DNA of 64,000 nt, from contig NGBS01000587.1 in the NCBI GenBank assembly GCA_002245135.1, positions 124,001-188,000 on the forward strand, in the 5' to 3' direction. Below, in pieces: positions 40,055 to 54,900 of this stretch. This DNA comes from Proteromonas lacertae. Its lineage: Eukaryota. The stretch's first letter is position 1. Every line of letters starts with the position of its first letter. The notes below the pieces were generated by a model that saw nothing but the letters and a program-made list of their open reading frames with translations, searched no databases and was not told the DNA's origin. The translations under genes were made by a program, and so were the position numbers.

Positions 40055-41376
40055 ATGCTAATGGATATCGGTCATTATATTGACTTTCAGTATGATTTGT
40101 GGGGAAATAAACCTCTATCCCTTTTGCTTAGGTTAGTATATAATTATATTTTATATGATATAGGGTTGTACTATAGTTAAAAAACACCACACACAGTATA
40201 CCGTAAAATATGTGTCAAACACTGCAGAATTTACAAAAGTCATGCAAATCGGTGGTATTGTAGATAAAAATATAGAATTATATGTATAGATTATACCTAT
40301 ATTGTATAGTCTTCACAAATGAAGACATTGAATATGTTAGGACTTGAAACACCCTATATTTACATCAAAGCTACTTCCTTATATCTTCAAACTAAAGAGT
40401 ACGTTAATAAATCTCTATTTGAATACATTCTAAAAGATGTAACTTCCATACCACATATATTCAATGATATAAACAATCAACTAGAAGTATATCATAACAA
40501 CAATTTCATTCATGGAAATATAAAACCATCAAATGTGATGATTGATGAAAATTTCAAATACTATTTGATGGATTCTTTTCAATATCTTTTATGTGATGAT
40601 AATACTAATTGCATTAGTGATACTATAGTATTTATGTCTCCAGAAGCATTAAAATCCAATGAGTTTTGTAATACAACTGATATATGGGGATTAGGATGTG
40701 TATTATATTATTTATTAACAGGTAATGTTCCATTTGGTTCAACTGATTTATATACTCTTGTAAAAGAGATATTAGACTGTAATATTGACTTGCTAATTAT
40801 AAAGGATGAAAAATATAGAGAAATACTGAATAGACTGTTTAAAGTTAATCCTTATGATAGAATTACATTGAAAGAGTTGATGATAGAAATATATAGAACA
40901 AATGAAAATGATTGTTCCATAAATGAATTATACACAGCTGAGATCAATAAATTGAGTATTTTTTATGTAAATATATATATATTGTCAATTAGAAAATGAT
41001 TGTAAGTTATTTAGACTTATTACTAATAATTATTATGTTTATCCTGATAAAATCTTCTTCCCCTTAATACCACATAATCCAGATTATAAAAAAATAATCG
41101 ACAAAGATAGTTGCGAATCTGATTTATTTATAGCATTACAGTATAATTTAAGTTGGTTTTATCCAGAGTGGTTTCAATCAGTGTATAACAAAAATTACAA
41201 AAAGTTTTCACATATATCAGATGGTTGGGAATATAAAGACAGAATATTAATAAATTATTCACCTTATGTTGCTCAAATAAGAAAACTTAAATATACATTA
41301 TATGACAAAAAGAATTGGGGAGAGCATGAATTGAATTTTAAATATTTGACTAATCTAAAATATTTGAATATTAATA

Positions 41377-41420
<44 letters not shown>

Positions 41421-43657
41421 AGTGTTACTATTATTTACAGTTTGCACCTTTGGAATTGATCAGTTGAAACATCTAAGAAGTATTTCAGCAATATACACAT
41501 TCAGTCAATTAAAAAAACTAAAGTTAAAATTCTGTGTAATAACTAATGATATATTTAAAGGATTATTAAAAATATTACCTGTAATGCAGAATTTGAAGAA
41601 TTTATCATTTGAAGATAATGACATTGAAGATATAGGAATGAAATATTTCAGTAATTACATTTATAAATTTCCATCATTAATCAGTTTATCATTTGAATCA
41701 AACCCAATAGGAGAAAGAGGAATTGATTATCTATCTAAAGATATATCGCAGTTAACTAATCTTCAAGTGTTTGATATTAACATAGATAGTTTTGGATCTT
41801 TTGTGTATTATTTAAGATGTAATATTATACCAAGTATTTTTATGTTTGATTATATGGATATGGATATAAATAGTTATGAAAAGAGTATGTTTATTGTTAT
41901 TATTATTATTTTTAATAGGTAAAGTGAAATTATTAATTAAAGAATACAAAGAATATAGATTATTAAGTCAACTTGTAGCTGTAGAATATATTTTAAGATC
42001 AAATTACATTTCTTTAGATAGAAGTATTCTTAATTCATTAGATAGAAGGATGAGAAAGGTGCTGAACTACTATGAAAGTAATGAAATTCATTTTGACTGT
42101 ATTATATATATATATATATAATTGTCTATTATCATCTTAGCATTTAGATATGGTACAAAAGCAGTAAAAATCGCTTTAATTTTGTTGATTTCAAATCCAG
42201 AAACTTCTCTTGTGCAATTGAGGAATAACGATATTGATGACGGATCACTTGCTGTAGTGTTAAAATCAATAAAGTTTTTTTCTATTTCACACAATATTTC
42301 ACTTAAAATTGATCGTATTTTACAATATATAAATATTCATTTTATATAAACAATAGACAATAAAAATATTAAGGATATAAACATCATAACTTTGTTGATA
42401 AAAATAATTATGGTCAGAGAAATTGATGTATCTTTTACATCAATAAATATTAATGAAATACTAAATATAAATGTGATAAATCTTATATGTTCAAATAATT
42501 CAGTCAATAACAAAGTATTTGAAAACCTATTGAAGAAAAACTATCATAGATTATTAGATTTGTCATTCAACAAAATTTCATTTTGTAAGGAATCTGAAGT
42601 TAATGATAAACTTTTAACAACACTTATACTGAATTGTATTTATCTTTTGCTTTACTTGTATAATGTTATAGCAAATCCATTAGGTGATAGAGGATTAGAA
42701 TCATTAATAAAACAATTACATAACCTTCCCAATTTAAAGAAATTATGTATTAGCAAATGTAATATTACAGACAGAAGTGCAGGAATGTTATTTAGCAATT
42801 TGAATGGTTCATTAAACAAAATAGAGATAGGATGTATGTTAAATATTATTAATTGATTTATAGATAATGAGATAGAAGGAAAATTCAATAATAATAAAGT
42901 CTATCTTAAAATGTCAAAATTGAAAATGTTAAATTTAGCATTTAATCATATATCTACAAAGAATATAATACCAATACTTAGAGTATTTTATAATAAAAGA
43001 GAAAATGTATTGATAATTCATGGAAATCCATACGATGAAAGAGAAATTAAAGGTTTGGAATTTAAAGAAATGCAATTTATTAAACGATATTGTATTATAT
43101 TATTGTTTTATTACTATTGTTGACTAGATTCATTATTATACGATTATAATATTACAACTTTGATTGACAGTGGTGATTTAAAAGATTTACCTGATTTATT
43201 ACCTGAAGATAATCACATACTAGATCTGTGTAGTAGTATATTTGATTGCTACTTATACAAATCAAATATTAATTATTTTATACTTTTGTTGAATATTTTA
43301 TTGATTAATCCAAGTATTCATGATAAAATATCAAATTCCCTTTCAAAATGTGATAATTATTTTCATTTATTGTTATTAGATCATGTAGAAGACTATGGCT
43401 ACTTGGGTTTAGATAATTTAAAGTTGAATGATGATGATATTAGTGAATTATGTGAAATAATGGGCGGATTGAAATATTTAAAGAAGATAAACCTATCGAA
43501 TAATTTAATAACAATGAATGGTTTAAATACCATAATGAAGTCGATGTACAAATTTGATATGCTAGAAGAGTGTATATTTAAGGGAAATAGTGTAGATGGA
43601 AGTAAGACGCTAGAAACCATGAATAGTATTTATTCGCATTGTAATTTCATTTACTAA
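40055..43657 (+). CDS. Pseudokinase plus ribonuclease-inhibitor-like LRR protein
   Basis: HGNIKPSN (catalytic D to N), DSF in place of DFG, MSPE, DIWGLGC. The GT-AG intron after the kinase domain splices in frame into RNI-type LRR exons (LxxLSFEDNDIEDIG, NPIGERG, NPLGDRG). Confidence 0.75.
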
Positions 43658-43777
43658 TCATTGTTTTTTCAGTTTTTTTGTTTATGATTAACAATCGTAA
43701 CATAAAATATTGACAATCGAAACAATCATAGTTATGTTGAAACGACTATTTTTTTGTTTATATAAAAATCTCTTTTT

Positions 43778-44606
43778 ATGGCGACAGGTACATTTATTTC
43801 TTTATATTTTAGATCTGTTAGGAATAGATAGTATTGATAAACATATTAAAGAGGATACTATTGATCAAATTGTAGAGTGTGACATTTCAACCCTCTCTCC
43901 AGATAAATGTTCGTTGTTTTATTCTATTTTATCGCAAATGACGAGTTTAGAAAAATTGCTCACAAAAAGTATTTTTTAAAGTTCAAAATACTTAGATCTA
44001 CAGTTTCCTTCTTCTACGTTTCATATTTTTGTGGAGAGTTTATGCAACTGTCATAGACTAAGAAGTTTGACTCTTATATCGAGATCATCAAAGTGTGACA
44101 TTTCAGAATATAATTTAACGTTATTCCTTGATCAATTGAATAATTGGCCAAATTTACAAGAAATAGACTTTAGTCGTATTATAATAATACATATAATACA
44201 TAGATAATCACATCAAATACATTACATTTCGAAGATTAATGGATGTTATTGCCGATACAAAAATAGAAACAGTCATATTAGCTCGTATAATATATAAATT
44301 AACGAATATAATAATAATAATAATAATAGATAATGATATTGGTGATGCTGAAACAGATTATCCATTCAAGAAAAAGCTAACACATTTAAAAAAATTTGAT
44401 TTAAGTTACAACAAATTAACTCCAGCAGTATGTTCAGCAATAAGAAAACTGATCAGAACTGCTCTATTTATAGAAGAAATTAGTTTAAGAGGAAATAAAA
44501 AAATGACTTCTGATGGAATAAAAGTAATACTTTCACCACTTCGTAATTTTGGATTTGTAAAAACTATTGATTTAACTAGTATATATATATATATATATAT
44601 ATTATA

Positions 44607-44642
<36 letters not shown>

Positions 44643-46005
44643 GTATAGATTGTGATTTAAATGAAGATAGTTTACGTGATGCTTTGGAAGTGATCAGAAC
44701 AATAAAATCAATCGAATCATTCCAAGTGATGGGAAAAATGAATTTTGGAAGTGCAAATAGTTATAGTGATTGCTTATTATTATGGCCAAATATTACATCA
44801 TTAATATTCCCTAATTGTGGATTGGATACATTATCAGTTATACCATTATGTGAATCATTAAAACATTGTTCTCATATTTCTGTTATTGACTTTTCCAGTA
44901 TTTTATTTATTGTTATTTATTTTATTGTTATTAGATAATGAGATAGGTAATAATGGAATATCTGCATTATTTCGACATTTGAAATTCTTAGAGAATTTAA
45001 AGAAACTTTACATTCAAAGTATAATATTATTATTATTATTATGTTAATAGATAATCCATTTGATGAAGATGTTTATTTTGACATTGCAGAAAACTTGTCG
45101 TGTTGTAAATATTTAGAAGTTTTTGATATGTCTACAAAAATTGAATGTATTTATATCTATATTAATATATACATATAGATAAAGAAATAGAAGATGAATA
45201 TAAACCAAGTGGATTAGCAGCAATAGCTAAACAAATCAAATCAACTCATACATTAAAATCATGGAAATATCCAGTTACTTATATGAGATTAGATACTGTA
45301 AGTGCAATTGAAGATTTACAACAAACATATCCAAAATTTGAATTTCCAATAGTTCGTATGTTTTTCCTCCTTTTTATATTATTATTTTATTTTTAGATTT
45401 TACTAATATTCATATGGGAAATCTTGCCGATATTGTTCACAATTATAGTTTACATTCTACAAAGGAATTTACATTTTGTAACATCAACAATGAGAAAATG
45501 TTTAAACATATGATTTATGTTTTGCATTATTTAGATGGTTTAAAACTAATCAGATTTGAGAGTATTTTTTTATAACTATGTATATAGATTGCATATTTGG
45601 AAATTTCTTCAATGTTAAAGAATTTATTCAAGTTTCTAATAAAATGATTGCTTTAGAAATAGTCAACTGCCATAATTTACCTTCTACAATGCTTAATGAT
45701 ATAATTAAACGAAGTGTAAAATTATCATTCTTAACTGTCAATTGTATTGTTAATTATTATTATTATTATTTATAGATTGTCAGTTGTATGTGAATGATAT
45801 TCTTGGATTGATAAACACAATTCAACATATGGAGAACCAAATAACTGGTTTATACCTTGATTGTAACATGAGTTGTATATTTTCTATTGTGATTATGTTA
45901 TTAATAGCTCAATATGGTCGAATGAAAGTTCCTTATCCATTCTGTGCAAAGAGAAAGATAGAAAAAGCTTTGAAAGAGTGTGGAATATTTGATTATAGAA
46001 TCTAA
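43778..46005 (+). CDS. RNI-like leucine-rich repeat protein
   Basis: ATG at 43778. Many short introns at LRR boundaries. Repeats LKKFDLSYNKLT, IEEISLRGN, DFSNNEIGNNG. Confidence 0.7.
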
Positions 46006-46066
46006 TAATTATTTTTATCATATCTTAATTTTTATTGTATTAATTTTATTTAATTTTGTATTGAAA

Positions 46067-46639
46067 ATGTACTCTACCAAGCACATTTGTTATTTTATTG
46101 CATGTCTAGGATTAATGAATATTATTGTTTATAGTTTTGGAGAATTTTTCATACGTACAAGCTAATAATCTACGAAATCAATATACTTCTCGTATTTATA
46201 ATTTTATATATCTATTAGAGATTTGGTAAAATAAAACAACTAGCATATGAATAATCTAAATAGATTCAACCAGAAAGATACGAAAATAGAAATATATTTG
46301 ATGATTTGGAGTTAGAATAATGATAAATACCACCAATTAAGTAAATTCGAAAAATTTAAGCCGAATATAAAAAGTATGAGCATTTTCATAGATGCTGAAA
46401 ATGGAAATGATAAAGATAAAGGTTCTATTAATTCGCCTATATTGACAATTACTCAAGGTTTGAAAGTGTGTAAATTCAAAAGAGAAAGTGAAAAAGAATT
46501 TTGCAGTTTAATTCTTATAGAAGGTGATTATATTCTGAATGAAAGTTTAGAATTATACTCAAGTGATAGTAATATAAATACTCTTATTCAAATTGATAAT
46601 GAAGGAGAAATATACCAAATCAATTCCTTATTTAAATAG
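46067..46639 (+). pseudogene. Truncated remnant of a secreted right-handed beta-helix (DUF1565-like N terminus) protein
   Basis: Signal-peptide-like start followed by several stops. IFIDAENGNDKDKGSINSPILTI..LILIEGDYILNESLEL..SDSNI resembles the N-cap of beta-helix proteins, and the ORF then ends abruptly. Confidence 0.5.
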
Positions 46640-46807
46640 CAGTGCTTATTATACTATGTGGAAATTAATATTTATAAAATTTAAATGGAGAAAAGAAGAG
46701 TTTGAATGAAATGAGAATAAATGGTTTTGAATAAAATTCTATAGTAAAAGATGTGAATGATTTATGGAATAATGAAATAATAGTAATGTGTAAAAAAATG
46801 TTAAAAA

Positions 46808-46809
<2 letters not shown>

Positions 46810-46866
<57 letters not shown>
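46810..46866. repeat. (AAT)19 microsatellite
   Basis: Perfect tract just downstream of the minus-strand kinase-LRR stop codon. Confidence 0.95.
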
Positions 46867-46869
<3 letters not shown>

Positions 46870-46875
46870 GGTTAT

Positions 46876-48497
46876 TTAAATCCCAACATACAATTCTTTA
46901 TTTGGATGATTTTCTTTGATTATTCTTTTGATTTCTTCGTCATTTGTGATGTTGTTATCCCATAAATCCAATTCTTTTAATTTTGTGATATATTGAATAT
47001 TATCACAAAACACTTTTAGACTTTCATCTGTTAAAATATTAACTATTATAATATAGAATAAAATAAAATACCACTAACATTTATATATTCTAAATTAGGA
47101 ATATCTTTCAAATGAGAAAAGAAGATTTTAAAACCATCATCACCAATTTCACAATCTATTCATTGTAATATCAAAGTAATAATACATCTAAAATCCAACT
47201 CTTTCATGTTTGGAAGTAAATGTAAACTTTTACTAAACATTTCCATTCCTTCTTTTCCTATTTTATTACCTATATTATTATAAAAAACAAATCTAAAAAT
47301 ACATCTTAAATTCAATTTCTCTAATTTTGGAATGAATTGAATATTCTCTACAAAATATTTCATTCCATTTGAAGTAATATCATTATCACCAATATCTAAT
47401 TCTTTCAATTCAGGAAGACGTTTGAATGATTGACAAATATGATTAAAACCATTATCACCAATATAATTACCTATCATTATAAAACAAAAGTATAAATACC
47501 ACATAAGTTAATAACTGTAATGAATGGATATAATTTCAATTTTCTACTCAAATATAATGCACCTACTTCTCTTAATTCTTCACCAATATCTATTCAAATA
47601 AATAATAACAATAATACATCTAACTTTTAAATCCAATGTTGTTGATTTATCATTTATCATCTTATTTAAAGCATTATCTATTCTTTCTTCTATTTTATTC
47701 ATATTAATATCATATTTATACTTATCTCAATATCTAATCCTTCTATTTCTACTTCTTCTTCTTCTATTTCAACTATTTCAGTTAAATATTTTACTTCATT
47801 TATTCTCTTTAATTCATTCAATATTTCATCGATTGATATTCGATTATTCTTTTCTTTCATTATCATCTTACTCAATAAACCATTCAATTCTTCTTCAAAT
47901 TCATGTTCCAACCTTTCATATTTACATTCTCGAATATTCTTCATGGTTTCTAATGGAGTTTTATCTTTGAATATTAATTTACCACTTATCACATAATAAA
48001 ATATACAACCAAAACTCCAAATATCACTTTCTTTACTCACTTCATCACCAACTATTTCATCATAACTGATAAAACATATATCACCATTTCTTCTTACTTC
48101 TTCATCTTCATTTCCTTTGAATATTTCATTGTTTAAATAATCACTCAATATCACTTCATTCTCTTTATCTAAAAAGATATTGGAAGGTTTTAAATCACCA
48201 TGTGATATATTCAACATATGTAAACTCTTTAAACCATTACATATTCCACATAATACAGCATATGTACCAATTTCTTCAAAATATTTCAAAGGATTTATCT
48301 CTCCTAAAGTTTATTCTTATGTAAGGCATTAATCGATAGAATTTATTTTCAATCAACATCAATTTATCGGATATTTCATCAGATTCTCACTGTTTTTCAT
48401 TATTCACTCTCTCAATCTTACTAAAAACACTCTTCACTACATCTTCATTCAATTTGGAAGTGTGTATCACCTTCAAACATTCATAAATACCACTCAT
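46876..48497 (-). CDS. Protein kinase plus RNI-like LRR protein; 5' part frameshifted (possible pseudogene)
   Basis: HGDLKPSNIFLD, DYL, DIWSFGC, then LRR exons (LKELDIGDNDITSNG, NKIGKEG). The region 48300-48400 has a stop and several frame changes. Confidence 0.65.
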
Positions 48498-48805
48498 TTT
48501 GTTCTTTATTATCTTCACACTCTCTTTTTCTTCTAAAACCTATTTTCACAATTATATCATCAAATTATACTTCATATTCATTATCTAATACATTTTCACA
48601 TTTTGTATGAATCATTTTCACTTATATCAATCACAATATCAATTCAAAAATAAAAGATCTCAAACAGATAGTCAAGCCTACATATTTTCTTTTTACATAA
48701 AAACTATTTACATTATCATTATCAACAATTTATATCATCAAATCACCAATAAAAATACATTAAAAATAAAAATAACAGTAAAAACAATAATAACAATCAA
48801 ATTAT

Positions 48806-50452
48806 TTAGATATTTTTATCATCTATCAATTTTAACACTTTACCTACTCCTATCGTCACTCCTTCATTTCTCAATGAAAATCGACCTAATGCTTGTAAAC
48901 TACCAAATGTCTCAATTGGAAATGATTGACTTATTTGAATTATCACTTTTACCATTGTATTACTTTTCACATAAACAGGATGTTTAACTACACTACCTTT
49001 CTTATCTTTCGTTTCTAATAATCTCACTACAATACATTCTACTATCGCTGTGTGAATATGTAATACAGCTTCATAACCAGCACTAAATAACGTTGGGATA
49101 TCTAACACCATTAATAATGCTTCAAATTTTGTACAACAAGGACATAAATTGTTTCTAGGAGATATTACATATCCACGATGAACTACATCTTCACTTGCAC
49201 CTTTTACATGTAATTCGATATTATCACCTACTCTAGCTGATTTTACTGCTTTTTCATCTACTTCAATTAAACTCACTTCAACTGGAATTTTACCAGGATT
49301 TATCATTAATTTATCGCCTATTTGAATTGTTCCAGCTTCGAGTTTACCTACACAACATAAGCCACGATCAAAATATTTATCTAAAATTGGCATTCTTAAT
49401 GGAGCTTTTGCATCTCGACCTTCTATCTCAATCTTATCTAATAATTCGATTAAACTAGGACCTTTATACCAATCACATACCCCTGGCTTGAATCTATCGA
49501 TTATATTATCACCTTTCAATGCAGAAATTGGTAAGAATGTTAAAGAATCGGATTTATAGCCTAATTGTTTGAAATGTTCACTAAGTTTATTCACTATTGG
49601 ATCATATCGATCTTTACTATATTTCACTGTAGGTTCATCCATCTTATTGATTGCTAAGATTATATATCGAATTCCAAGAGTTTTAGCTAACATTGCATGT
49701 TCTCGAGTTTGACCGCCTTTCTCAAATCCTGCTTCAAATTCACCTTTACGAGCAGATATTACCATCACTGCTACATCAGCTTCTGATGCTCCACTTATCA
49801 TATTTGGAACATAACTTTTATGACCAGGAGCATCAAGGATTGTAAAACGACGGTTAGATGTCTCGAAATGAGCACGACCTACTTCTACTGTTTTACCACG
49901 TTCTCGCTCTTCTTCATTAGTATCCATTATAAACGCTAAAAACCAACTTTCTCTAGCTCGATCAACTGCTTCTCTCTCATATTTTTCAATTGTTCGTTTA
50001 TCAACTTGACCTGTCAAATATAAGATATTTCCACTCAATGTACTTTTACCAGCATCAACATGACCTACAAATACTACATTTATATGTTCTCGAGGATCGG
50101 CATCTACTAACTCTTCTTCTTTTACAGTTATTTCACCTTCTTCCATTTCTTCTTTCTTTATATCATCTGGAGTTTCTATTACTTCTACTACTGGTTCTTT
50201 ATCTTCATCTTTCACTCCTGGAAGATGAATCTCGGATGGTGATGGTATATCTTCAGATATTGGCTTTTCCTTATTATCTGTCTTTGGTACTGCTGGAGCT
50301 TCACTTGGTTTTGCTTCTGGTGGAGGTGGTGCTGGATTTGCAGCAGGTGTTGCTGGTGGTGGTTGAGAAGTAGCTGGAGGTGCAGCTGGTGCACTTTCTT
50401 CCTTCTTCATCCATGATGGAACCCACTCTTTGGCGTTAGGATTAAGAGACAT
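48806..50452 (-). CDS. eRF3: Eukaryotic peptide chain release factor GTP-binding subunit eRF3
   Basis: PAM2-like N terminus, GHVDAGKST, ESWFLAFIMDTNEEERERGKTVEVGRA, DAPGHKSYVPNMISGA, INKMD, GRFSLRNEG. Intronless. Confidence 0.95.
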   Translation of the reverse strand: MSLNPNAKEWVPSWMKKEESAPAAPPATSQPPPATPAANPAPPPPEAKPSEAPAVPKTDNKEKPISEDIPSPSEIHLPGVKDEDKEPVVEVIETPDDIKKEEMEEGEITVKEEELVDADPREHINVVFVGHVDAGKSTLSGNILYLTGQVDKRTIEKYEREAVDRARESWFLAFIMDTNEEERERGKTVEVGRAHFETSNRRFTILDAPGHKSYVPNMISGASEADVAVMVISARKGEFEAGFEKGGQTREHAMLAKTLGIRYIILAINKMDEPTVKYSKDRYDPIVNKLSEHFKQLGYKSDSLTFLPISALKGDNIIDRFKPGVCDWYKGPSLIELLDKIEIEGRDAKAPLRMPILDKYFDRGLCCVGKLEAGTIQIGDKLMINPGKIPVEVSLIEVDEKAVKSARVGDNIELHVKGASEDVVHRGYVISPRNNLCPCCTKFEALLMVLDIPTLFSAGYEAVLHIHTAIVECIVVRLLETKDKKGSVVKHPVYVKSNTMVKVIIQISQSFPIETFGSLQALGRFSLRNEGVTIGVGKVLKLIDDKNI

Positions 50453-51003
50453 TGAAATGTTAAATGAACTTGGCTTGAGTTAAAAACAGGCTTGACTTGA
50501 TGTTGTAATGTATTTCTTTTTCAAAAATAAGACTAGTAGATGAAATTTTTATGATAATTACATCGTAAATAAACTATTTGAGCTTTATTCTTTTAATATA
50601 AATGTTGTACACAACTTTTTAAGTTGATTTAATTCTTACACTTGAGATATGACATTTAATAGAGTATTATGTTGAAATTAGAAATGATGTAAAATCATGT
50701 TGTTGGATTAGAACAACAAACGTCGTAATTAATTATTCTAAAAGCTTTCTGAAAAAAACAACAATTATTCACAACAAATAATCCAAATATAACATATTTT
50801 CTTAATATTTTCTAGTCTCACAAGATGATGTGTAATTCAATCTGAATTAGTAAATATATTCTACTTTATAACCTTCCAAATGGAAGTTAGCAAGTGTTAC
50901 TATCTATAAACCTGTCATTTGATTAATTATAGGGTAAAGAATCCCATCAACATCAAACATAAAAAATCTAGAATTTTTTAAAATTTTTCAGTGAATTTTT
51001 TAA

Positions 51004-51926
51004 ATGAATTGGAATATATTCACTGAACCATTTCCGGAGGAGTCTACTGATCTGCCTGATACAATAAGCAAATTAGAAGGTCAGGTAAACAAAGCTGTAT
51101 AGATATTCGTTTATATCGTATATATAGGTTGATAAAATAGTTAAATATTGTGATAAAAACAAATGCAAATATACTGATGAAAGTTTTGGAGCAAGTAAAG
51201 ATGATACAACAGGAATGAAGTCTATCTTCAAAGATGGGATAGTATAAATGTTTATATAATATACTAGGTGCGTGATTTACCAGACTATGCAGGAATAACC
51301 AACATAGAATGGGTTAGACCACATTATGAGAGTGAAGGTGGTGAAAACATAGATGCTGACAAATATTTTTCAATTAACTGCACTTTATTTCACGATATAT
51401 TTGAATTGAGCCGAGGAAATCAAGGTATTTTGGGAGATGGTTGGTTAATCAACAGTTTATGTTTATTAGAGTCAAGATCTGATAATATTGAGAAGATATT
51501 CTATTTACCAGAGGATATGATAGATAAATGTGAAAAATATGGCTTTTGGATATGTAGATTCTACAATGTATAATTAATTTTGTTATTTTCCATAGAATAA
51601 TTCAATAGTATATATTATCATTGATGATTATTTCCCAATAAACTCAGTAAGCCATACGCCACTCTTCGCATCGTGTAATAAACCAACAGAAATATGGATT
51701 CCAGTTATAGAAAAAGCATTAGCTAAAGTTATGGGAAGTTATTATTCATTGATTGGCCATTCCATAGAAGACGGTTTAAAATTATTGACGAGTAATCCAT
51801 GTTGTACAGTTTGTTGGAAATCCCAATATAATAATAAGACAATTGATGATAATGTTGATAATGTGTTTAACTGTATTGATAGATCACTTGGTAATGTTGT
51901 TTTAATATCAGCACAAATAAAGCCAC

Positions 51927-51966
<40 letters not shown>

Positions 51967-54900
51967 TGTATAGTTGATGATGTTATTCAGATTGATCGAA
52001 ATGGTTTAGAGCTTTATTATACTTACGAAATCATTGATATTGCTAAAGTCACAATCAATCGAGAAGATGTACAATTGATATTATTATTTGACTTATGGAG
52101 AAACACTGAATATAATGGACCATATAATATCAATACTCAGGAGTTTGCTGATAATCAAGAAGTTATACAAAATGCATTTGAAGAAGTAGATTGTATATTT
52201 TTTATTAATATATATATATATTTAGTAATAAACACTGATAATCTTATCTTAATGACAATGACAGATTTCTACAGATATTTCACTCATATCACATTATTAT
52301 ACAATACCAATGAATTGAATGGTTGTTATAATACAGTGAAATACACTCCAAGAACATGTGGTGGATCGATGTACAATTATACATATTATAAGAATAAGAG
52401 ATTTCAATTGTGTATTACAGAACCAACAAATACTATTATTGAATGTATCTATATATTATATATTATATATATATAGATAACTATCCATCAAATAATAATG
52501 ATGATTTAATTGGTTTACAAATCGTCACATTAGGTCATAATTTCAATAAAAGAACATCAATTATTCCAAATACAATACCTTCAACAGATCTAGTACAACC
52601 ATATTATACAAATCAAAATACAATCTGTATTCAAACGGAATTAGATCCTGGTGTTTATATCATCATACCAAACAAACTGAATAGAAAAAGAAAAGGTGAA
52701 TTAGAAGATGAGTATTATCTAAGTATTTATGGTAATGGTATAAGTGTCAGTGAAGATGATTCAAACAATAATAATAACAAATTAGATGGTTATGATGATG
52801 TAGAAACAGTACAACAAACATTTGAGAAGTTAGTAGAAGAAGAAAACTCCCAGTTCCTTAGTCCAGAAGAAGCAATTGTGAAATTAGAAGAATTAAAGAA
52901 TGACATGCCATCCAATAGAATTAGAAACTGTAAAGAATTTCCTTATTAACTGTGGAGTAGTGGCAATAACAACAGAAATAGAAGAATTATTAATAAAACT
53001 ATCTAATAAAGACAATCATTATTACTATAATGATCTATATTGCTTATATAACTATATATTATTGAAACAAATGTCTAATTTGGTTCTTTCTAATAGTAAG
53101 ATAGTTGATGATATAATATATAAGAAATATAACTGTAAAGGTAAGATAATGATTGATTTAGTCAAACAGAAAGATATTGAATCAGCAATAATGAATAGTA
53201 GTTACAGTATGAATGTTGAAGATACAGAAAATATTCCAATATATTTTGATAAGATAAAAGATGTATAGTTATTTATTTATTTATTTATATTATATAGATG
53301 GATGAAATATTTAGTAATAATCACTATAAAAATGATTTATTAATTTCACAAATAAAGTTTAGATATGCAGGTTATATAAAAGCAACTAATGTATTTATAT
53401 TTATATCGTTACATCTATTTATATAGAGGAATATTGATCCATCTATCTCCTTATTTACACTCAATATTAAGCAGTTTTCAAATATACTAAACTATTATTA
53501 TAATAAAGAATCATCTACTACTTCAGAGTTAGATATTACAATAAAGAAGATTAAAGATGATATGAACAAATTAGGTATATACATTACAACCATTGAAATA
53601 TTATTATTCTTAAATGAATTAAGATCAAAGAATTGTTGCACTATTAATGACTTTATCAATGAAGATATAGATAGCCAATCATCATTCAGTAAATATTATT
53701 CATGTTTTCTCTATCGACAATTGAAACATAATAAAGTCGAGCCAAACAGTGGAGGTGGTGGTTATTATTGTTCTGTTTGTTTTGCTCCACTGAAGAATAA
53801 CAATAGTAAATGCACCAATGATAGTAAATGTGATAATTTACTATGTAATGACTGTATTTGTGGCTTGCCAGAACCAAGCTGTGAAGATTGTTATTATAAT
53901 ACTTATAAGAATAGAGTTGATTTAAATTTTGTAAATGAACAATTATTACCTGTTTATGATTGTTTTAATGATACATTAGTAAAGAAATATTCAATTAAAC
54001 AGAAATATAGTAAGTTTATTATTGGTTCAATAGTTGAAAATGTAAATATTTTTATATTTCTATTGCTTATATTATATATAGTATTTTGAAGAATCTTGGA
54101 CTATTATCACCTCTAGAAATACAGATGAAAATATTGAATTAATAGAAGAACAATCAAATACATTGAAATTATACCAACAAATAAAGACATTCCCCAATAC
54201 AATATTGCAAATGAAATATAATATAATAAATAGCAATAATGATGATTATTATAGAATAATATTTGATGAAATTGATATGGATCATAATGATATTATTAAT
54301 GATAATGATATATATAATTACTTGATGAAATATAACTGTAAGAATATCACTTTACAAGATGTGAGTTTAGTGATGAATTACTATACAGATAAGAATAATA
54401 TGAAAATCAATGATTTTTTATTATTGATAACTGACTCAAGATTAACAACCATCAATGATATTATATTAGAATTGATAGAAATGAGTGAATCAGATAGTAA
54501 AGAATCATATGAAATGATGAAGAAAAGAATGAGATTAAAAGCCAGTTTTAATGAATTTATTGAGAATAAGAATGGAATATTATCAAAGTATTTCAATATT
54601 TCAAATGTTATTGGTAATGCAATTCCATTTATATTTAACAATATTGATGATTTTATATTGTATATATATATATATATTATTGTTTATTAATATATAAATA
54701 GTTTCAAAGATAATTATGATGAATTGTTTTCCGCTATAAATGAAGATATTATGTCAATATTCGCTGATATTTCCACTGTTATTTCATCTATAGCACCTGA
54801 TAGTAATGATTATAATAGTGGTTATGATAAAGCTAATAGAAGAGTATAAGGAAATATTTCATATTGATATTGAGACTGTACCATTTATACGTATATTTAT

